A DNA stretch of 64,000 nucleotides from Bdellovibrionota bacterium (GTDB taxonomy: Bacteria > Bdellovibrionota > UBA1018 > CAIPTA01 > JAALKR01). The position numbers were made by a program, and so were the translations under genes. The notes under the pieces are model-generated. The model was not told the origin of the DNA. It was given only the letters and a program-made list of their open reading frames with translations, and made no database searches. The DNA is taken from assembly GCA_965207455.1 (NCBI GenBank), contig CBDBMJ010000001.1:640001-704000 (forward strand), read 5' to 3'. Of the stretch, positions 1 to 11,233 are shown one piece after another (the stretch's first letter is position 1; every line of letters begins with the position of its first letter).

Positions 1-1
1 G

Positions 2-799
2 TTGGCTACTCGTATGGATATTGATATTTTAGCAAAATATTCTCGTATAATGGGCTTAGGGAAAAAAACAGGTGTGGCGCTACCAGGGGAGATTTCTGGT
101 ATTGTGCCCACTAGGGAATGGAAGCTCAAGGAAATAGGCGAAGAATGGTTTGCGGGAGAAACTCTTTCCGTTATTATTGGTCAGGGGTACTTAACCACCA
201 CTCCCATACAGCTTGCAAATTTGATTTCCATGGTGGCTAATGGAGGTACTTTGTATCGTCCCCAATTGATTAAACATATAGAAACCTTGGATGGAGAAAT
301 TGTTGAAACCATGGAGCCAGAAATTATTTCTACATATCAGTTTAGTCCCACCACCTTAGCAGTGGTTCGTGAGGGGCTTGAAGGTGTGATCCATCATAAA
401 AAAGGCACAGCAAGGGGACGAATTATTCCTGGGATTCGGGTTGCTGGAAAAACGGGCACAGTTCAAGTGATTCGATTTTCTCCTGAGAATATTTATAAAA
501 AATGTAAGAAATTGGAGAAGAAATTCAGGCATCATGGAATTTTTGTGGCGTACGCTCCCGTAGACGATCCGAAAATTGCGGTGGCTGTGGTGGCAGAGCA
601 TGCCTGCTCAGGCTCCAGTGGCGCAGCTCCCATTGCCATGAAGGTGATTAGAAAATATTTGAGCAAAACCATGAGCGAGAAATATGGAGAAAAAATCCTA
701 GCAAAAGCCAATATTGTGTATTGGAGGAAAAGAATGAAAGAGATTGAGCGACAGAAAAAAGAAAAGGAATTGAAAAAAGCAAGACAAGCGGAAGAATAG
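2..799 (+). CDS. mrdA: Penicillin-binding protein 2, C-terminal part (5' truncated by window)
   Basis: Transpeptidase motifs IGQG and AGKTGT; directly upstream of rodA. Confidence 0.92.
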   Translation: MATRMDIDILAKYSRIMGLGKKTGVALPGEISGIVPTREWKLKEIGEEWFAGETLSVIIGQGYLTTTPIQLANLISMVANGGTLYRPQLIKHIETLDGEIVETMEPEIISTYQFSPTTLAVVREGLEGVIHHKKGTARGRIIPGIRVAGKTGTVQVIRFSPENIYKKCKKLEKKFRHHGIFVAYAPVDDPKIAVAVVAEHACSGSSGAAPIAMKVIRKYLSKTMSEKYGEKILAKANIVYWRKRMKEIERQKKEKELKKARQAEE

Positions 800-826
800 C
801 AATAAAATAGCAAGTGGACTAAAATT

Positions 827-1921
827 ATGTTGAATCAAAATATTAAAAATTTAAATTTCCAAATAATTTTTATAACTTTAATTCTCATTGCCGTGGGTAT
901 GATGAATCTCTATTCAGCTACTAGCGATGGCGGGCAAAATCTCACCTATTGGAAAGCCCATCTATCTCGATTTTTCGTGGGTCTGGTGTTTGTGGTTTTT
1001 CTCTTATTTATTCACTATAGAATTTTGGAGCGCTTTGCTTACCTAGCCTACGCTCTTAATATACTGGCTTTAGTTGCGGTGTTGGTATTGGGTGAATCCG
1101 TGCTTGGTTCCACCCGTTGGATTTTCTTGGGACCGTTGACCATTCAGCCGTCAGAATTTATGAAAATCACCATGGTATGGACTTTGGCAAAATATTTTCA
1201 CAATGATAGGAGGCGAGACTCCTATGGAATTACCAGTCTATGGATACCTGCACTCTTAGTGGGTTTACCAACGGGACTCATCATGGTGCAGCCCGATCTA
1301 GGTACTGCTTTAATTCTTTTAGTCACCAGTGCTTGCATGTTTATTTTTATAAAAATAAATTCCAGACTTTTAATTACAATTTCTTTAGCTATTATTGTTT
1401 TCCTGCCCGTAGCCTATAAATTTATTTTAAAGGACTATCAACGGCAACGTATTATTTCCTTTATTAATCCACAAGCGGACCCCCTTGGAGCCGGCTACAA
1501 CTCCATTCAATCCATGATTGCTATTGGTAGTGGAAAATTTCTAGGAAAGGGTTTTAATCAAGGCACTCAGTCTCAATTAAAATTTTTGCCAGAGCAGCAC
1601 ACAGATTTTATTTTTAGTGTGTTTGCGGAGGAGCATGGTTTCCTTTGGTCTATTCTGCTCATAATCCTCTTTTTTCTTTTTCTTTTTCAAGGGCTTCGAA
1701 TCTCCAGTGGATCCAACGATAAATTTGCCATGTTATTTTCCCTTGGGCTGGTGATTGTATTTTTCTCCCATATTGTGATTAATATTGGTATGAGCATGGG
1801 AATTATGCCTGTAGTGGGCGTACCCTTGCCTTTTATGAGTTTTGGTGGCTCCTATCTTGTTTCTTGCATGATTGCTGTGGGAGTGTTAGCTAATATTTCC
1901 AACAAGAAATCTATGTTTTGA
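827..1921 (+). CDS. rodA: Rod shape-determining protein RodA (SEDS family)
   Basis: QPSEFMK, QPDLGT, LPEQHTDFIF and GVPLPFMSFGGS motifs; multi-TM; follows PBP2. Confidence 0.95.
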   Translation: MLNQNIKNLNFQIIFITLILIAVGMMNLYSATSDGGQNLTYWKAHLSRFFVGLVFVVFLLFIHYRILERFAYLAYALNILALVAVLVLGESVLGSTRWIFLGPLTIQPSEFMKITMVWTLAKYFHNDRRRDSYGITSLWIPALLVGLPTGLIMVQPDLGTALILLVTSACMFIFIKINSRLLITISLAIIVFLPVAYKFILKDYQRQRIISFINPQADPLGAGYNSIQSMIAIGSGKFLGKGFNQGTQSQLKFLPEQHTDFIFSVFAEEHGFLWSILLIILFFLFLFQGLRISSGSNDKFAMLFSLGLVIVFFSHIVINIGMSMGIMPVVGVPLPFMSFGGSYLVSCMIAVGVLANISNKKSMF

Positions 1922-1924
1922 GAA

Positions 1925-2935
1925 ATGGAAAAAATTATGGAAAAACCACCTTTTCGATCATTTAAGAATATGCTTCTAGAGCGCTATGGAGTGCGTACCT
2001 ATAAGCTTACTTTAAACGGAGGTATCTCTTGCCCCACAAGAGACGGCACTTTTGGTCCTAAAAAGGGATGGGGAGGTTGTTCTTTTTGTGATGTCTCTGG
2101 AAGTGCGAGCTTTTATGCAGGAAATAATCAAGCTCTTCCCATCAAAAAGCAACTGGAGCGAGCCACCCTGGGGGTGCAAAAACGATTTAAAGCAGAAAAA
2201 TTTATAGCTTATTTTCAAAGCTATACCACCACCTTGGATGATTTAAAAAAATTTCAAGATCAATACCAGGATGCCATTCATTTCCCTAACATAGTGGCGT
2301 TAGCGGTGGCTACTCGCCCGGATTGTTTGCCTGATGAGTTTTTGGAGATGCTTGTTGAGTACTTAGATACGGTGGACGTACAACTAGAATTGGGGATCCA
2401 AAGTTTCCACAACCCCACCTTGGACTGGTACCAGCGAGGACATACAGCAGAGGTAGCCATAGAGTCTATTCAGCGTTCTGTTGCCTTTCGCGATCGAGCC
2501 AAAGCCAAAGAAAAAGCCAGAACCAGAGGAAAACAAGGCACTTTGGATGTATTTGTGCATTTGATTTTTGGAGCACCCCTCACTGCGACAAAAACAGATC
2601 CAAAGGAAGAAATCATTCGAACAGCTCACCTATTAAATGAGCTTAAGGTAGATGGTGTGAAAATTCATAACCTGCATATCTTGAAAAAAACAAAGCTAGC
2701 ATATTTATACCAAAAATCTCCTTTTCCTTTACTCAGTTTAGAGGAGCACTTGGAAATGGTAATGCTATTCCTTCGCCACCTTCACCCCAGCATTGTTATA
2801 CTTCGCATCCATGGAGCGGCCTCTAGGGAGGAGGATTTGTTAGCTCCCCGGTGGTCCAATCAAAGGGCCTATCCAGCCCAGCGCCTTGCCCTATTGATGC
2901 AAAAAAATGGTTGGCAACAGGGGGATCAGCTTTGA
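1925..2935 (+). CDS. TIGR01212/YhcC-family radical SAM protein
   Basis: CPTRDG...GGCSFC, YFQSYT, TRPDC, ELGIQS and GVKIHNLH motifs. Confidence 0.88.
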   Translation: MEKIMEKPPFRSFKNMLLERYGVRTYKLTLNGGISCPTRDGTFGPKKGWGGCSFCDVSGSASFYAGNNQALPIKKQLERATLGVQKRFKAEKFIAYFQSYTTTLDDLKKFQDQYQDAIHFPNIVALAVATRPDCLPDEFLEMLVEYLDTVDVQLELGIQSFHNPTLDWYQRGHTAEVAIESIQRSVAFRDRAKAKEKARTRGKQGTLDVFVHLIFGAPLTATKTDPKEEIIRTAHLLNELKVDGVKIHNLHILKKTKLAYLYQKSPFPLLSLEEHLEMVMLFLRHLHPSIVILRIHGAASREEDLLAPRWSNQRAYPAQRLALLMQKNGWQQGDQL

Positions 2936-3684
2936 TCCTGCCGTACCAGTGCCATAGCGATGGCGCTTGCGGTGGCAGCATTAAGAGAGGGAAAGTTTTT
3001 TTGAGTGTGGATCCGTACCAGGTGGTCGCAGTTTTTTAGTACCAGTGGGCGTATGCCTTTTTCTTCATTTCCAACCACGAGGGCAGATGGAGTAGTAAAG
3101 CTTAGGTTGCCTAGGTTTTCTTTTCCATGCTCACTCAATCCATATATCCATATCCCAGCCTTTTGAGCTGTTTGTAGGGCGCTTGCCATATTAACAACTT
3201 TTGCAATGGGCACATGGGCAAAGCCGCCGGAAGAAATTTTAATGGCTGTGGGAGTAAGTGGTGCCGTTCGGTGTTCTGTAATTACCAAACCGTCTAGGGA
3301 AAAAGCAGCGGCACTTCGGAGGATGGCGCCTAGGTTTTGAGGATCGGTAATGGAGTCAATAAATAGGAGTAGGCCTGAGGGCTTAGTGGTGATTTTTTTT
3401 ATTAACTCTCCATAGTCCGCATAGGGAAATTTAGGTATTTGGGCGAATATTCCTTGGCTGGAATGGATCTCCTCTATTTTTCCTCCCATTTTTTGAAAAG
3501 TTTTTCCATAGGAGGATTGATCTCTCATTTCTTGCCATGGGATTTTTTGTTTTTGTGCCATTTTCTTAAGGACATCCGTTCTGGCACTATTGCTCGCTCC
3601 TTTGGTTTTGGAAACATAAATAGAAGAAATTTCAGCGCCTTTTTGGAGCAAGGCTTCGATACTGTGGAAACCATAAATAATCAC
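2926..3684 (-). CDS. rlmB: 23S rRNA G2251 2'-O-methyltransferase (SpoU/TrmH family)
   Basis: IYGFHS start; DPQNLGAILRSA, GNEEKG and SLNA motifs. Confidence 0.9.
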   Translation of the reverse strand: MIIYGFHSIEALLQKGAEISSIYVSKTKGASNSARTDVLKKMAQKQKIPWQEMRDQSSYGKTFQKMGGKIEEIHSSQGIFAQIPKFPYADYGELIKKITTKPSGLLLFIDSITDPQNLGAILRSAAAFSLDGLVITEHRTAPLTPTAIKISSGGFAHVPIAKVVNMASALQTAQKAGIWIYGLSEHGKENLGNLSFTTPSALVVGNEEKGIRPLVLKNCDHLVRIHTQKNFPSLNAATASAIAMALVRQDQS

Positions 3685-4358
3685 AGGGAATTTAGTACTT
3701 CTTGGAGTGTGGCCACTGGGTCAGGTGCTTGGTATATGGATCTGCCCATAACAATAAAATGGGCATGGTTCTGAGCTGCTTCTTGGGGTGTGGCAGATCG
3801 TTTTTGATCGTTAGTGTGTTCATTTTGCAATCGTATGCCAGGCACTACAGTGATAAAATCTTTACCGCAACTATTACGAATGGAGGGCAGGTCATGGGCA
3901 GAGCACACCACACCATCCAAGCCCCACTTCTTTCCCTGTCTTGCCAAATGTAGTGTTTGTTCTTCAATGGATTGGACGCCATACATATCTTCTTGAGATA
4001 GGCTGGTGAGTACAGTAACGCCCAAGAGTTTAGGAGGGTTCTTTGTTTTTTCCAGTGCGTTTCTAGCGGCAGCAATCATGGCTTCTCCGCCTGCAATGTG
4101 TACATTAATCCAGCCCACGCCTAGGTGGCTTATTTGGTTAATGGAATGGGCTACAGTGTTAGGTATGTCGTGAAATTTTAAATCTAAAAAAATTTTAGCT
4201 CCATCATCTACCATTTTACGAACAAAGGGAGCCCCAGCCCCACAGAAAAGTTCTAATCCAATTTTAAAATGGGAGTGTATGGGACGAACTTGTTGATAAA
4301 AATCCCAAGCTTGAGATTCATCGGAAAAGTCTAGTGCGCAAAAAATATTTGTTTTCAT
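3681..4358 (-). CDS. pyrF: Orotidine-5'-phosphate decarboxylase
   Basis: ALD, DLKFHDIPNTV, VTVLTS, PGIR and MGRSI motifs. Start moved to ATG 4358 (MKTNIFCALD) to avoid overlap with proS. Confidence 0.95.
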   Translation of the reverse strand: MKTNIFCALDFSDESQAWDFYQQVRPIHSHFKIGLELFCGAGAPFVRKMVDDGAKIFLDLKFHDIPNTVAHSINQISHLGVGWINVHIAGGEAMIAAARNALEKTKNPPKLLGVTVLTSLSQEDMYGVQSIEEQTLHLARQGKKWGLDGVVCSAHDLPSIRNSCGKDFITVVPGIRLQNEHTNDQKRSATPQEAAQNHAHFIVMGRSIYQAPDPVATLQEVLNSL

Positions 4359-4362
4359 GGAG

Positions 4363-5823
4363 CTAGTAGGCTTTCGCAAATAAAACCTTCTGCTTGGATG
4401 GTTTTTTGGTTTTAATACATTCGCCGTCTTCAAGTGGGTTGTTGAGTGGTATACACCGAATGGTTGCTTTTGTTTCTTTTTTTATTAACGCTTCTGTTTC
4501 AGCTGTTCCGTCCCAGTGGGCGCGCACAAAGCCACCTTTTCCTTCCAGTGCTTCTTGGAATTCTTTATAGTTTTTCACGTCTACGGTATGATCTTCATGG
4601 AATTTTTTCGACCGTTCCAAAAGGCCATTTTGTATTTCCAACAATAAATCCATTACGGTGGCAGGTATATTGGTTATCTCTGTGGGTCGTTTTTCTCCAG
4701 AATCTCTGCGTACCAATATGCCTTGATTTTTTTCCAGATCCTTTGGACCAATTTCAATACGAAGGGGTACTCCTTTCATTTCCCATTCGTGGAACTTCCA
4801 TCCCAGGGAATTGTGTTCGTCTGAATCGATATGTACGTTGATGGCTTCTCCCAGGTCAACTTTTTGGGTTGGCCATGACTGAATAGAGGCTGCTAGTAAC
4901 TTGCTTTGACTGAGTACTTTTTCTTTTTGCTCTTTTGTTTTATAAATAGGAAGAATCACAACATGGATGGGTGCGAGTCTAGGAGGAAGTACAAGCCCTT
5001 TATCATCACTGTGGGACATAATAAGAGCACCAACTAAACGGGTGGAGACCCCCCAACTGGTTTGGTATACAAAATCCCTGCCGCCTGATTCAGTTTGAAA
5101 TTCTGTATTAAAAGCTTTTGCGAAGTTTTGCCCCAGATAGTGGGATGTGCCTGCTTGCAATGCTTTTCCATCTTGCATCAGGGCTTCAATACAAAAAGTA
5201 TCCACGGCACCTGCAAATCTTTCGGACTCTGTTTTTTGACCACAGATTACGGGTATGGCCATGTATTTTTCTGCAAACTCACGATATACATCCAGCATTT
5301 TTAAAGTTTCCTTACGGGCCTCTTTCTCTGTGGCGTGACAAGTATGTCCCTCCTGCCAAAGAAATTCAGTGGTTCGTAAAAAAGGACGTGTGCGCATTTC
5401 CCAACGAACCACATTGGCCCATTGGTTGATCAAAATGGGCAAATCCCGGTGGCTTTGCACCCATTTAGAAAACATGGAGTTAATAATTGTTTCGGAAGTG
5501 GGTCGTACCACATAGGGCTCGTCTAGTTTTTTCCCTCCTGCGTGGGTAACAACAGCCAACTCTGGAGCAAATCCCTTCACATGTTGTGCTTCTTTTTTTA
5601 AAAAACTTTCAGGAATAAGCAGAGGGAAATAGGCATTTTCATGACCAGTGTCTTTAAAGTATTTGTTTAGTATTTTTTGCATTTTTTCCCAAATGGCATA
5701 ACCGTATGGTCGAATTACCATACATCCCTTTACAGGGGAGTAATCCGCAAGCTTAGCCTTGTGTACAATATCTAAATACCAAGATGAGAAATCTTCCGAT
5801 CGGCTGGTGAGTTTTTTTGCCAT
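4363..5823 (-). CDS. proS: Proline--tRNA ligase, archaeal/eukaryote-like type
   Basis: [32 protein letters not shown] motifs and C-terminal FAKAY. Confidence 0.96.
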   Translation of the reverse strand: MAKKLTSRSEDFSSWYLDIVHKAKLADYSPVKGCMVIRPYGYAIWEKMQKILNKYFKDTGHENAYFPLLIPESFLKKEAQHVKGFAPELAVVTHAGGKKLDEPYVVRPTSETIINSMFSKWVQSHRDLPILINQWANVVRWEMRTRPFLRTTEFLWQEGHTCHATEKEARKETLKMLDVYREFAEKYMAIPVICGQKTESERFAGAVDTFCIEALMQDGKALQAGTSHYLGQNFAKAFNTEFQTESGGRDFVYQTSWGVSTRLVGALIMSHSDDKGLVLPPRLAPIHVVILPIYKTKEQKEKVLSQSKLLAASIQSWPTQKVDLGEAINVHIDSDEHNSLGWKFHEWEMKGVPLRIEIGPKDLEKNQGILVRRDSGEKRPTEITNIPATVMDLLLEIQNGLLERSKKFHEDHTVDVKNYKEFQEALEGKGGFVRAHWDGTAETEALIKKETKATIRCIPLNNPLEDGECIKTKKPSKQKVLFAKAY

Positions 5824-5824
5824 T

Positions 5825-7231
5825 CTATTTATCCCTTTCTTGGTCTAGGCTACGAATATTCAGCATTTTCATTTTCCTATACAAATGAGTTCGCTCTATT
5901 CCCAGCACTTGGGCTGTTTTTGATATGTTCCATTCATGGGTTCGAAGTTTTGTTAAGATAAATTCACGTTCAAAATTGCTTTTTGCGTCTCGAAGGGATT
6001 TTTTTGATGGGTTTTCAGGGTCTACCATGAAATATAAGGATCCTGTGTTCACAGTGTCTTTTAGAAATGATTTTTTGTTTGCTATGGGAAGATCGTCCAC
6101 AGTGATTTCATCGGTATGCTTCATGATACTTAGTCGTTCGGCCATATTTTTTAACTCACGAACATTTCCCGGCCAATCAAATTGTTGCACTATTTGGCTG
6201 GCTTCTTTACTTAAGCGTTTAGGGCTTTTGCAAAACTCATGGGCGTAGCGATTAAAATAATATCTAAATAAAGGTATAATATCTTCCCGTCTATCTCTTA
6301 AGGCAGGAACATGGATGGGAATAACATTGAGTCGATAGTAGAGGTCTTTACGAAAACGCCCTGTTTTAATTTCCTGTAAAAGATTTTTATTGGTAGCTGC
6401 AATCACTCGCACATCCACTTGATGGGTTTGGCTTCCACCAATACGTTCAAAACGCTGTTCCTGGAGTATGCGCAGAATTTTTGCCTGAGTTTTTAAGCTC
6501 ATATCCGCTATTTCGTCTAAGAAAAGCGTGCCTCCATTGGCTAGGTCGAATTTTCCTCGCTTGGGTTGAGTGGCTCCCGTAAAGGCTCCCTTCTCATGAC
6601 CAAAAAGTTCACTTTCGATTAAATCCTCTGGAATGGCCGCACAATTCAATTCAATAAAAGGCTTATCCTGTCGGGAAGAGTTACTATGAATGGCAGAAGC
6701 CACCAGTTCCTTGCCCGTTCCATTCTCTCCCATAATTAAAACCCAACTTTGCCTGGGGGCTATGGTGTGAATTTGATCTTTTAGCTCTACCATGGCTGGA
6801 GCAGAGCCTATCATTTCCATTTTTCCATGCACCACTGTGCGTAGGCGTATATTTTCTTTATACAAATCGCTAAAGGCCGTGGCGTTATCTAAAATCACCA
6901 GAAGCTTATCCAAAGAAAGGGGCTTTTCCACAAAATCATAAGCGCCTAACTTTGTGGCCTTTACAGCCGTTGCCACATTGGCGTGTCCACTCATTACAAC
7001 GCTCACCAGGTCTGGATAGAGCTCCTTGATTTCCCGTAAAACCTTTAATCCATCCATGCCGGGGAGCCAGATATCCAGGAGTAAAAGATCGAAGTTTTTT
7101 TCTCTCAGGACATCCAGAGCTTTTTCCCCGGAGTCGGTGGTGCTCACGTCGAAACCCTCGTCCGTTAAAGCTCCTAGGAGAGACTGGAGAATAGACGGTT
7201 CATCGTCTACTATAAGAATACTACGCTTCAT
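5825..7231 (-). CDS. ntrX: Sigma54-dependent response regulator, NtrX-like
   Basis: Receiver domain ([12 protein letters not shown]), AAA+ domain ([14 protein letters not shown]) and Fis-type HTH. Confidence 0.88.
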   Translation of the reverse strand: MKRSILIVDDEPSILQSLLGALTDEGFDVSTTDSGEKALDVLREKNFDLLLLDIWLPGMDGLKVLREIKELYPDLVSVVMSGHANVATAVKATKLGAYDFVEKPLSLDKLLVILDNATAFSDLYKENIRLRTVVHGKMEMIGSAPAMVELKDQIHTIAPRQSWVLIMGENGTGKELVASAIHSNSSRQDKPFIELNCAAIPEDLIESELFGHEKGAFTGATQPKRGKFDLANGGTLFLDEIADMSLKTQAKILRILQEQRFERIGGSQTHQVDVRVIAATNKNLLQEIKTGRFRKDLYYRLNVIPIHVPALRDRREDIIPLFRYYFNRYAHEFCKSPKRLSKEASQIVQQFDWPGNVRELKNMAERLSIMKHTDEITVDDLPIANKKSFLKDTVNTGSLYFMVDPENPSKKSLRDAKSNFEREFILTKLRTHEWNISKTAQVLGIERTHLYRKMKMLNIRSLDQERDK

Positions 7232-9509
7232 GAACTAACTCTCTATTGGTTTTTTTCATGGGTAATTCCATTGTCAAACAGGTTCCATTTCCCTTAGGTG
7301 AAGTGGCCCGCATCTGACCACCATGGTCGTTTATTATACGCTTGGCTATGGCTAAGCCTAACCCAGTACCTTCCTTTTTTGTAGAAAAATATGGCTCAAA
7401 TAGTAAGGGCAGGGTTTTTTCTGGAATACCGGGACCATTATCCATAATATCAATAATAATCTTAGATGAAATGGGATTCAATCTTGTTATTATTTTTACC
7501 CTATTTACCCCGTTTTCTTGAAAAGCAGCAATAGCGTTATTGAGTAAATTAATGACAACACGTTTGATTTGTTCCCGGTCGAAAGAGAAAATAGGCACGT
7601 CCTTATCGAGAGATGTTTGGAACTCAATGTTTTTATGGGCTTGTTTGTATAGATTTACCACATCCATAATAGTGGTGTTTAAATTATTAAGTACGGGATT
7701 AGCTGCTGGAAATTGGGCAAACTCAAAGAATGCATTGACCATTTTCTTTAAAGAATCCACTTCGTGAATAATCATTCCCGTGCATTCCTGGAGTAGCTTA
7801 TCCTCCTCTTGGGAAAGTTGCTCTCGAGTGAATTTCTTTTGTAGCCGTTGGGCACATAATTTAATGGGCGTTAGGGGGTTTTTAATTTCATGGGCAACCC
7901 TTTGGGCTACTTCTCTCCAAGTAGCCTCCCTTTGGGCTTCAAATAAATGGGTAATATCGTCTAATACCAATACCAGTCCTTGGTATATTCCCGAGTCGTC
8001 ATATAGGGGAATGGCGTTTAGCAATACGGGAATGGAGTTACCTTTTTCGGAGAGCAGATTTAAATTTTTAAAAGCAGTCTCCTTCTTCCCACTCTCCACA
8101 ATCTCTTCAATCACAGATTGCAATTCCTCTAAAGTATCCACGAACACATCTTCTGTAAACCTACCCACTGTCTTTTTCTCCTCTAGTTTTAAGAGAGTAG
8201 CGGCTACTTTATTGATAGTTACGATTTCAAATTTTGCACTAATGGAGCACACTCCAGCACTAATATTGGAAAGTAGTACCTCCAAATAGCGGCGCTTATC
8301 TTCCAACTCCTGGTTTGTGGATTGCAGTTTATTTCGACTTTCTTTGAGGTCCATAGTCATGCGGTTGAATGTCATGAGCACAGTGGAAATTTCATCGCGA
8401 CCAGCATTACCACTCAATTCCACGTCTAAATTACCCTCTCCCACCTCCTTTACTGCTTGTTGTAGCCTATTCAAGGGCACTGTGAATTGTTTTGCTAAAT
8501 GGACACCAGCCCAGATCGCTACAAAAATAACTAGCAGGGTACTTAATACCAGGATGCTTAGGTAAATGGATTTTAAGGGATATTTTAAGGGATTTACTTG
8601 CTGGTAATCCTCAAAGGCTGTGGAAATCTTTGTGGCCTTTGCGATTAAACTCACGGGCACATAGTAATTTACAGCAATCACGCCCATTACTTCTTTATTT
8701 CTTTCGGAAACGTAGAGGGGAATGATGGACCGGAGGACATCTCCACTACTCACATGTTGTATTAAATTTTTCACTTTCCCTTGGAAAACTTCCTCGAGAG
8801 ATTGAAGAGGAAGGTGGGGAAATATATCTTTTTTTAATTCGTCTTTGAAAGATAATAAACGTTCGCCCAAAGGTTCCCAATAGATCTCCACTGCGGCTAG
8901 GGAGTATTTTTTTCTCTGATGGGTAATTTCTTTTAAAAAACGCTCTCTCTTATGGGGATAGTACAGGATCTGCTTTTTCTGAAGATCCTCTCGAATTTTT
9001 TCCCCAAAATGTTGTGCACTTTCTTGGTGATCCTTATAATAGGCATGGGTGATTTCCATTGAAGCTTGTAGGGCGTTGCCAACCCGGATATTAAACCATT
9101 TGTCGAAAGAGGAATTAATGTACAGTGCGGATACCATAAATAAAATTACGGTGGGAATTACGGACAGAGACACAAAGGCAACAATGAGTTTGATTTTCAT
9201 TCTGGAACCCCAGATTCCCGTTTGTCGCTCGAAAAATACTTTCGAGAGGTTGCGGAAAATGAAAAATACAAAGATTACAATCAGTGCTAGGTTGAGGCTG
9301 ATAATACCAAAGAAGAAAATGGAATTTACAAAGGGTAGGGTACTGGAGGCTCCAGAGAGGCGAGTGGCTATATAGCTGCAGAGCATTATAGCGAGTGCGG
9401 TGAGTCCAATGAAGATAAACTCCCGAATTCGCTTTCTTTTCTCCATTTTGTCTAATGGCACCTGTTTGCTCCCGTTCTCCCCTTTTATTTTCTTTCTTTC
9501 TTCTCCCAT
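7221..9509 (-). CDS. ntrY: Sensor histidine kinase, NtrY-like (TM-HAMP-PAS-HisKA-HATPase)
   Basis: WREVAQRVAHEIKNPLTPI H-box; DNGPG and GTGLGL boxes. Start uncertain (9509 chosen). Confidence 0.88.
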   Translation of the reverse strand: MGEERKKIKGENGSKQVPLDKMEKRKRIREFIFIGLTALAIMLCSYIATRLSGASSTLPFVNSIFFFGIISLNLALIVIFVFFIFRNLSKVFFERQTGIWGSRMKIKLIVAFVSLSVIPTVILFMVSALYINSSFDKWFNIRVGNALQASMEITHAYYKDHQESAQHFGEKIREDLQKKQILYYPHKRERFLKEITHQRKKYSLAAVEIYWEPLGERLLSFKDELKKDIFPHLPLQSLEEVFQGKVKNLIQHVSSGDVLRSIIPLYVSERNKEVMGVIAVNYYVPVSLIAKATKISTAFEDYQQVNPLKYPLKSIYLSILVLSTLLVIFVAIWAGVHLAKQFTVPLNRLQQAVKEVGEGNLDVELSGNAGRDEISTVLMTFNRMTMDLKESRNKLQSTNQELEDKRRYLEVLLSNISAGVCSISAKFEIVTINKVAATLLKLEEKKTVGRFTEDVFVDTLEELQSVIEEIVESGKKETAFKNLNLLSEKGNSIPVLLNAIPLYDDSGIYQGLVLVLDDITHLFEAQREATWREVAQRVAHEIKNPLTPIKLCAQRLQKKFTREQLSQEEDKLLQECTGMIIHEVDSLKKMVNAFFEFAQFPAANPVLNNLNTTIMDVVNLYKQAHKNIEFQTSLDKDVPIFSFDREQIKRVVINLLNNAIAAFQENGVNRVKIITRLNPISSKIIIDIMDNGPGIPEKTLPLLFEPYFSTKKEGTGLGLAIAKRIINDHGGQMRATSPKGNGTCLTMELPMKKTNRELVHEA

Positions 9510-9511
9510 GG

Positions 9512-9541
9512 TTGACAATTGCTGTCTATAACCCATATAAC
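9512..9541 (+). promoter_or_regulatory. Putative sigma70 promoter of rng, in the short gap next to the divergent ntrY start
   Basis: TTGACA-N18-TATAAC. Confidence 0.5.
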
Positions 9542-9550
9542 TTATTTATT

Positions 9551-11218
9551 ATGCCGTCTGAAATTGTTATTAATGCCACTTTACCAGAAATACGTATATG
9601 TCTTGTGGAAGATGGCGAAATTTCTACGCTTTCCAGTGAATTTGAGAAAAATAGGAGCATTGTAGGTAATATCTATAAGGGGCGGGTGAATCGGGTGCTA
9701 CCTGGCATGCAAGCTGCTTTTGTGGACATTGGCCTCAAGCGTGCTGCTTTCCTTTATGTGGGGGACGTGGTGATCGATAATAATTCACTGGTCACCAGTC
9801 AAGAGAGCGATACCTCCGGGCGAGAAAATATCAGAAGCGATTTAGAGATAGATGAGGGAGCCTACCTAGAGGACAAGAATTTAGAAAATTTGGAAACTGC
9901 CTCCCAAAAAAATGTGGAAGAAAGGTTTCCTCCTAATAAGGGTCGCCGACCTTCCCCCAGTGGACTCCTTCGCAAAAGAACTCCCAGGCATGATGCACCT
10001 AAAATTCAAGATGTATTGAGAGAGGGGCAAGAGATTCTTGTTCAGGTAACCAAGGCAGAGATGGGCACAAAGGGGGCGCGCTTGACGGGTCATATCGCCC
10101 TACCCGGTCGCCATGTGGTCCTAGTTCCCAGCACCGATCATGTGGGTGTGTCTCGAAAGATTTCCAGCGAAGAGGAGCGTATTCGTCTCCATGATTGTAT
10201 TGATGATCTTCGTCCCAAAGGAATGGGTTTTATTATACGAACCATGGCGGATAAGCAAAGTCCTGAGCGAATTACCAATGAGGTGAACTACTTATTACAA
10301 ACTTGGTCTACGGTGAAAAAAAACTTTGAGCAAAATAAAGCACCCACCTTGCTACATGAAGACCTCAGCATTGTGCTCCAAAATGTTCGAGATAATTTTA
10401 CCGACAATATCTATCGTTTAGTGGTGGACTCTCCTAGGGTCTACAACGAAATTTATGAATATGTGCAAGATGCGGCACCACACTTAAAGGAAAGGGTGGT
10501 TCGCTATACAGGAAAGGATCCCATCTTTGATGTATACGGTATCAACAGTGAAATATCCCGGACGCTCAATCGAAAGGTTTGGCTCAAAAGTGGGGGATAC
10601 CTTATCATCGACCAAGCTGAGGCTCTGACGGTAATCGATGTAAATACGGGCAAGTTTATTGGCAAGAAATCCTTGGAAGAAACAATTCTAAAAACAAACT
10701 TAGAGGCAGCAACAGAGGTTGCCTACCAACTTCGTCTTCGGGATGCTGGTGGAATTATCATCATCGATTTAATCGATATGGAAATCCATGCCCACCGGGA
10801 GCAAGTCTATCGCACCCTAGAGCGAGCACTTCGTAAAGATCAGGCAAGGACGAATATCTTGCGTATTTCCGAGTTGGGCTTGATCCAAATGACTCGAAAA
10901 CGTACGAAAGAATCTCTGAACCATATTTTTTGCACTCCCTGTCCGTATTGTAGGGGCAATGGTTTTATTAAAAATAAACGCACTATTTGTTATGATATTT
11001 TTCGAGAAATTGAGCGTATTGCACTAGAGGGAGGCATCACAGGAGCGAGTGTGGTGACTCATCCAGAAATCATGGATTCCCTATATTGCGAAGAGCGGGA
11101 AACTATCGACAGGGTGGAAGAACGTTTTGGCATGAGAATTTCCATCTATAGCGACGCTTCTCTACACTTGGAAGCATTTGATGTGAGTGGTGAGCGCCTC
11201 TCTCCAATCCAGCACTAA
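9551..11218 (+). CDS. rng: Ribonuclease G/E family
   Basis: GNIYKGRV..VLPGMQAAFVDIG, IDVNTG and GGIIIIDLIDM motifs, plus CPYC. Start at ATG 9551 (MPSEIVINA). Confidence 0.93.
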   Translation: MPSEIVINATLPEIRICLVEDGEISTLSSEFEKNRSIVGNIYKGRVNRVLPGMQAAFVDIGLKRAAFLYVGDVVIDNNSLVTSQESDTSGRENIRSDLEIDEGAYLEDKNLENLETASQKNVEERFPPNKGRRPSPSGLLRKRTPRHDAPKIQDVLREGQEILVQVTKAEMGTKGARLTGHIALPGRHVVLVPSTDHVGVSRKISSEEERIRLHDCIDDLRPKGMGFIIRTMADKQSPERITNEVNYLLQTWSTVKKNFEQNKAPTLLHEDLSIVLQNVRDNFTDNIYRLVVDSPRVYNEIYEYVQDAAPHLKERVVRYTGKDPIFDVYGINSEISRTLNRKVWLKSGGYLIIDQAEALTVIDVNTGKFIGKKSLEETILKTNLEAATEVAYQLRLRDAGGIIIIDLIDMEIHAHREQVYRTLERALRKDQARTNILRISELGLIQMTRKRTKESLNHIFCTPCPYCRGNGFIKNKRTICYDIFREIERIALEGGITGASVVTHPEIMDSLYCEERETIDRVEERFGMRISIYSDASLHLEAFDVSGERLSPIQH

Positions 11219-11233
11219 TTATTTTTTCATCAA

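Noticed and set aside
9455..9550. N-terminal extensions in the ORF track (rng 9455, also pyrF 4433, 11947, recJ 14441, namZ 49367, dedA 49346, ihfA 62773)
   Set aside because: They overlap neighbouring genes or promoters and precede the recognisable N-termini; downstream starts were chosen
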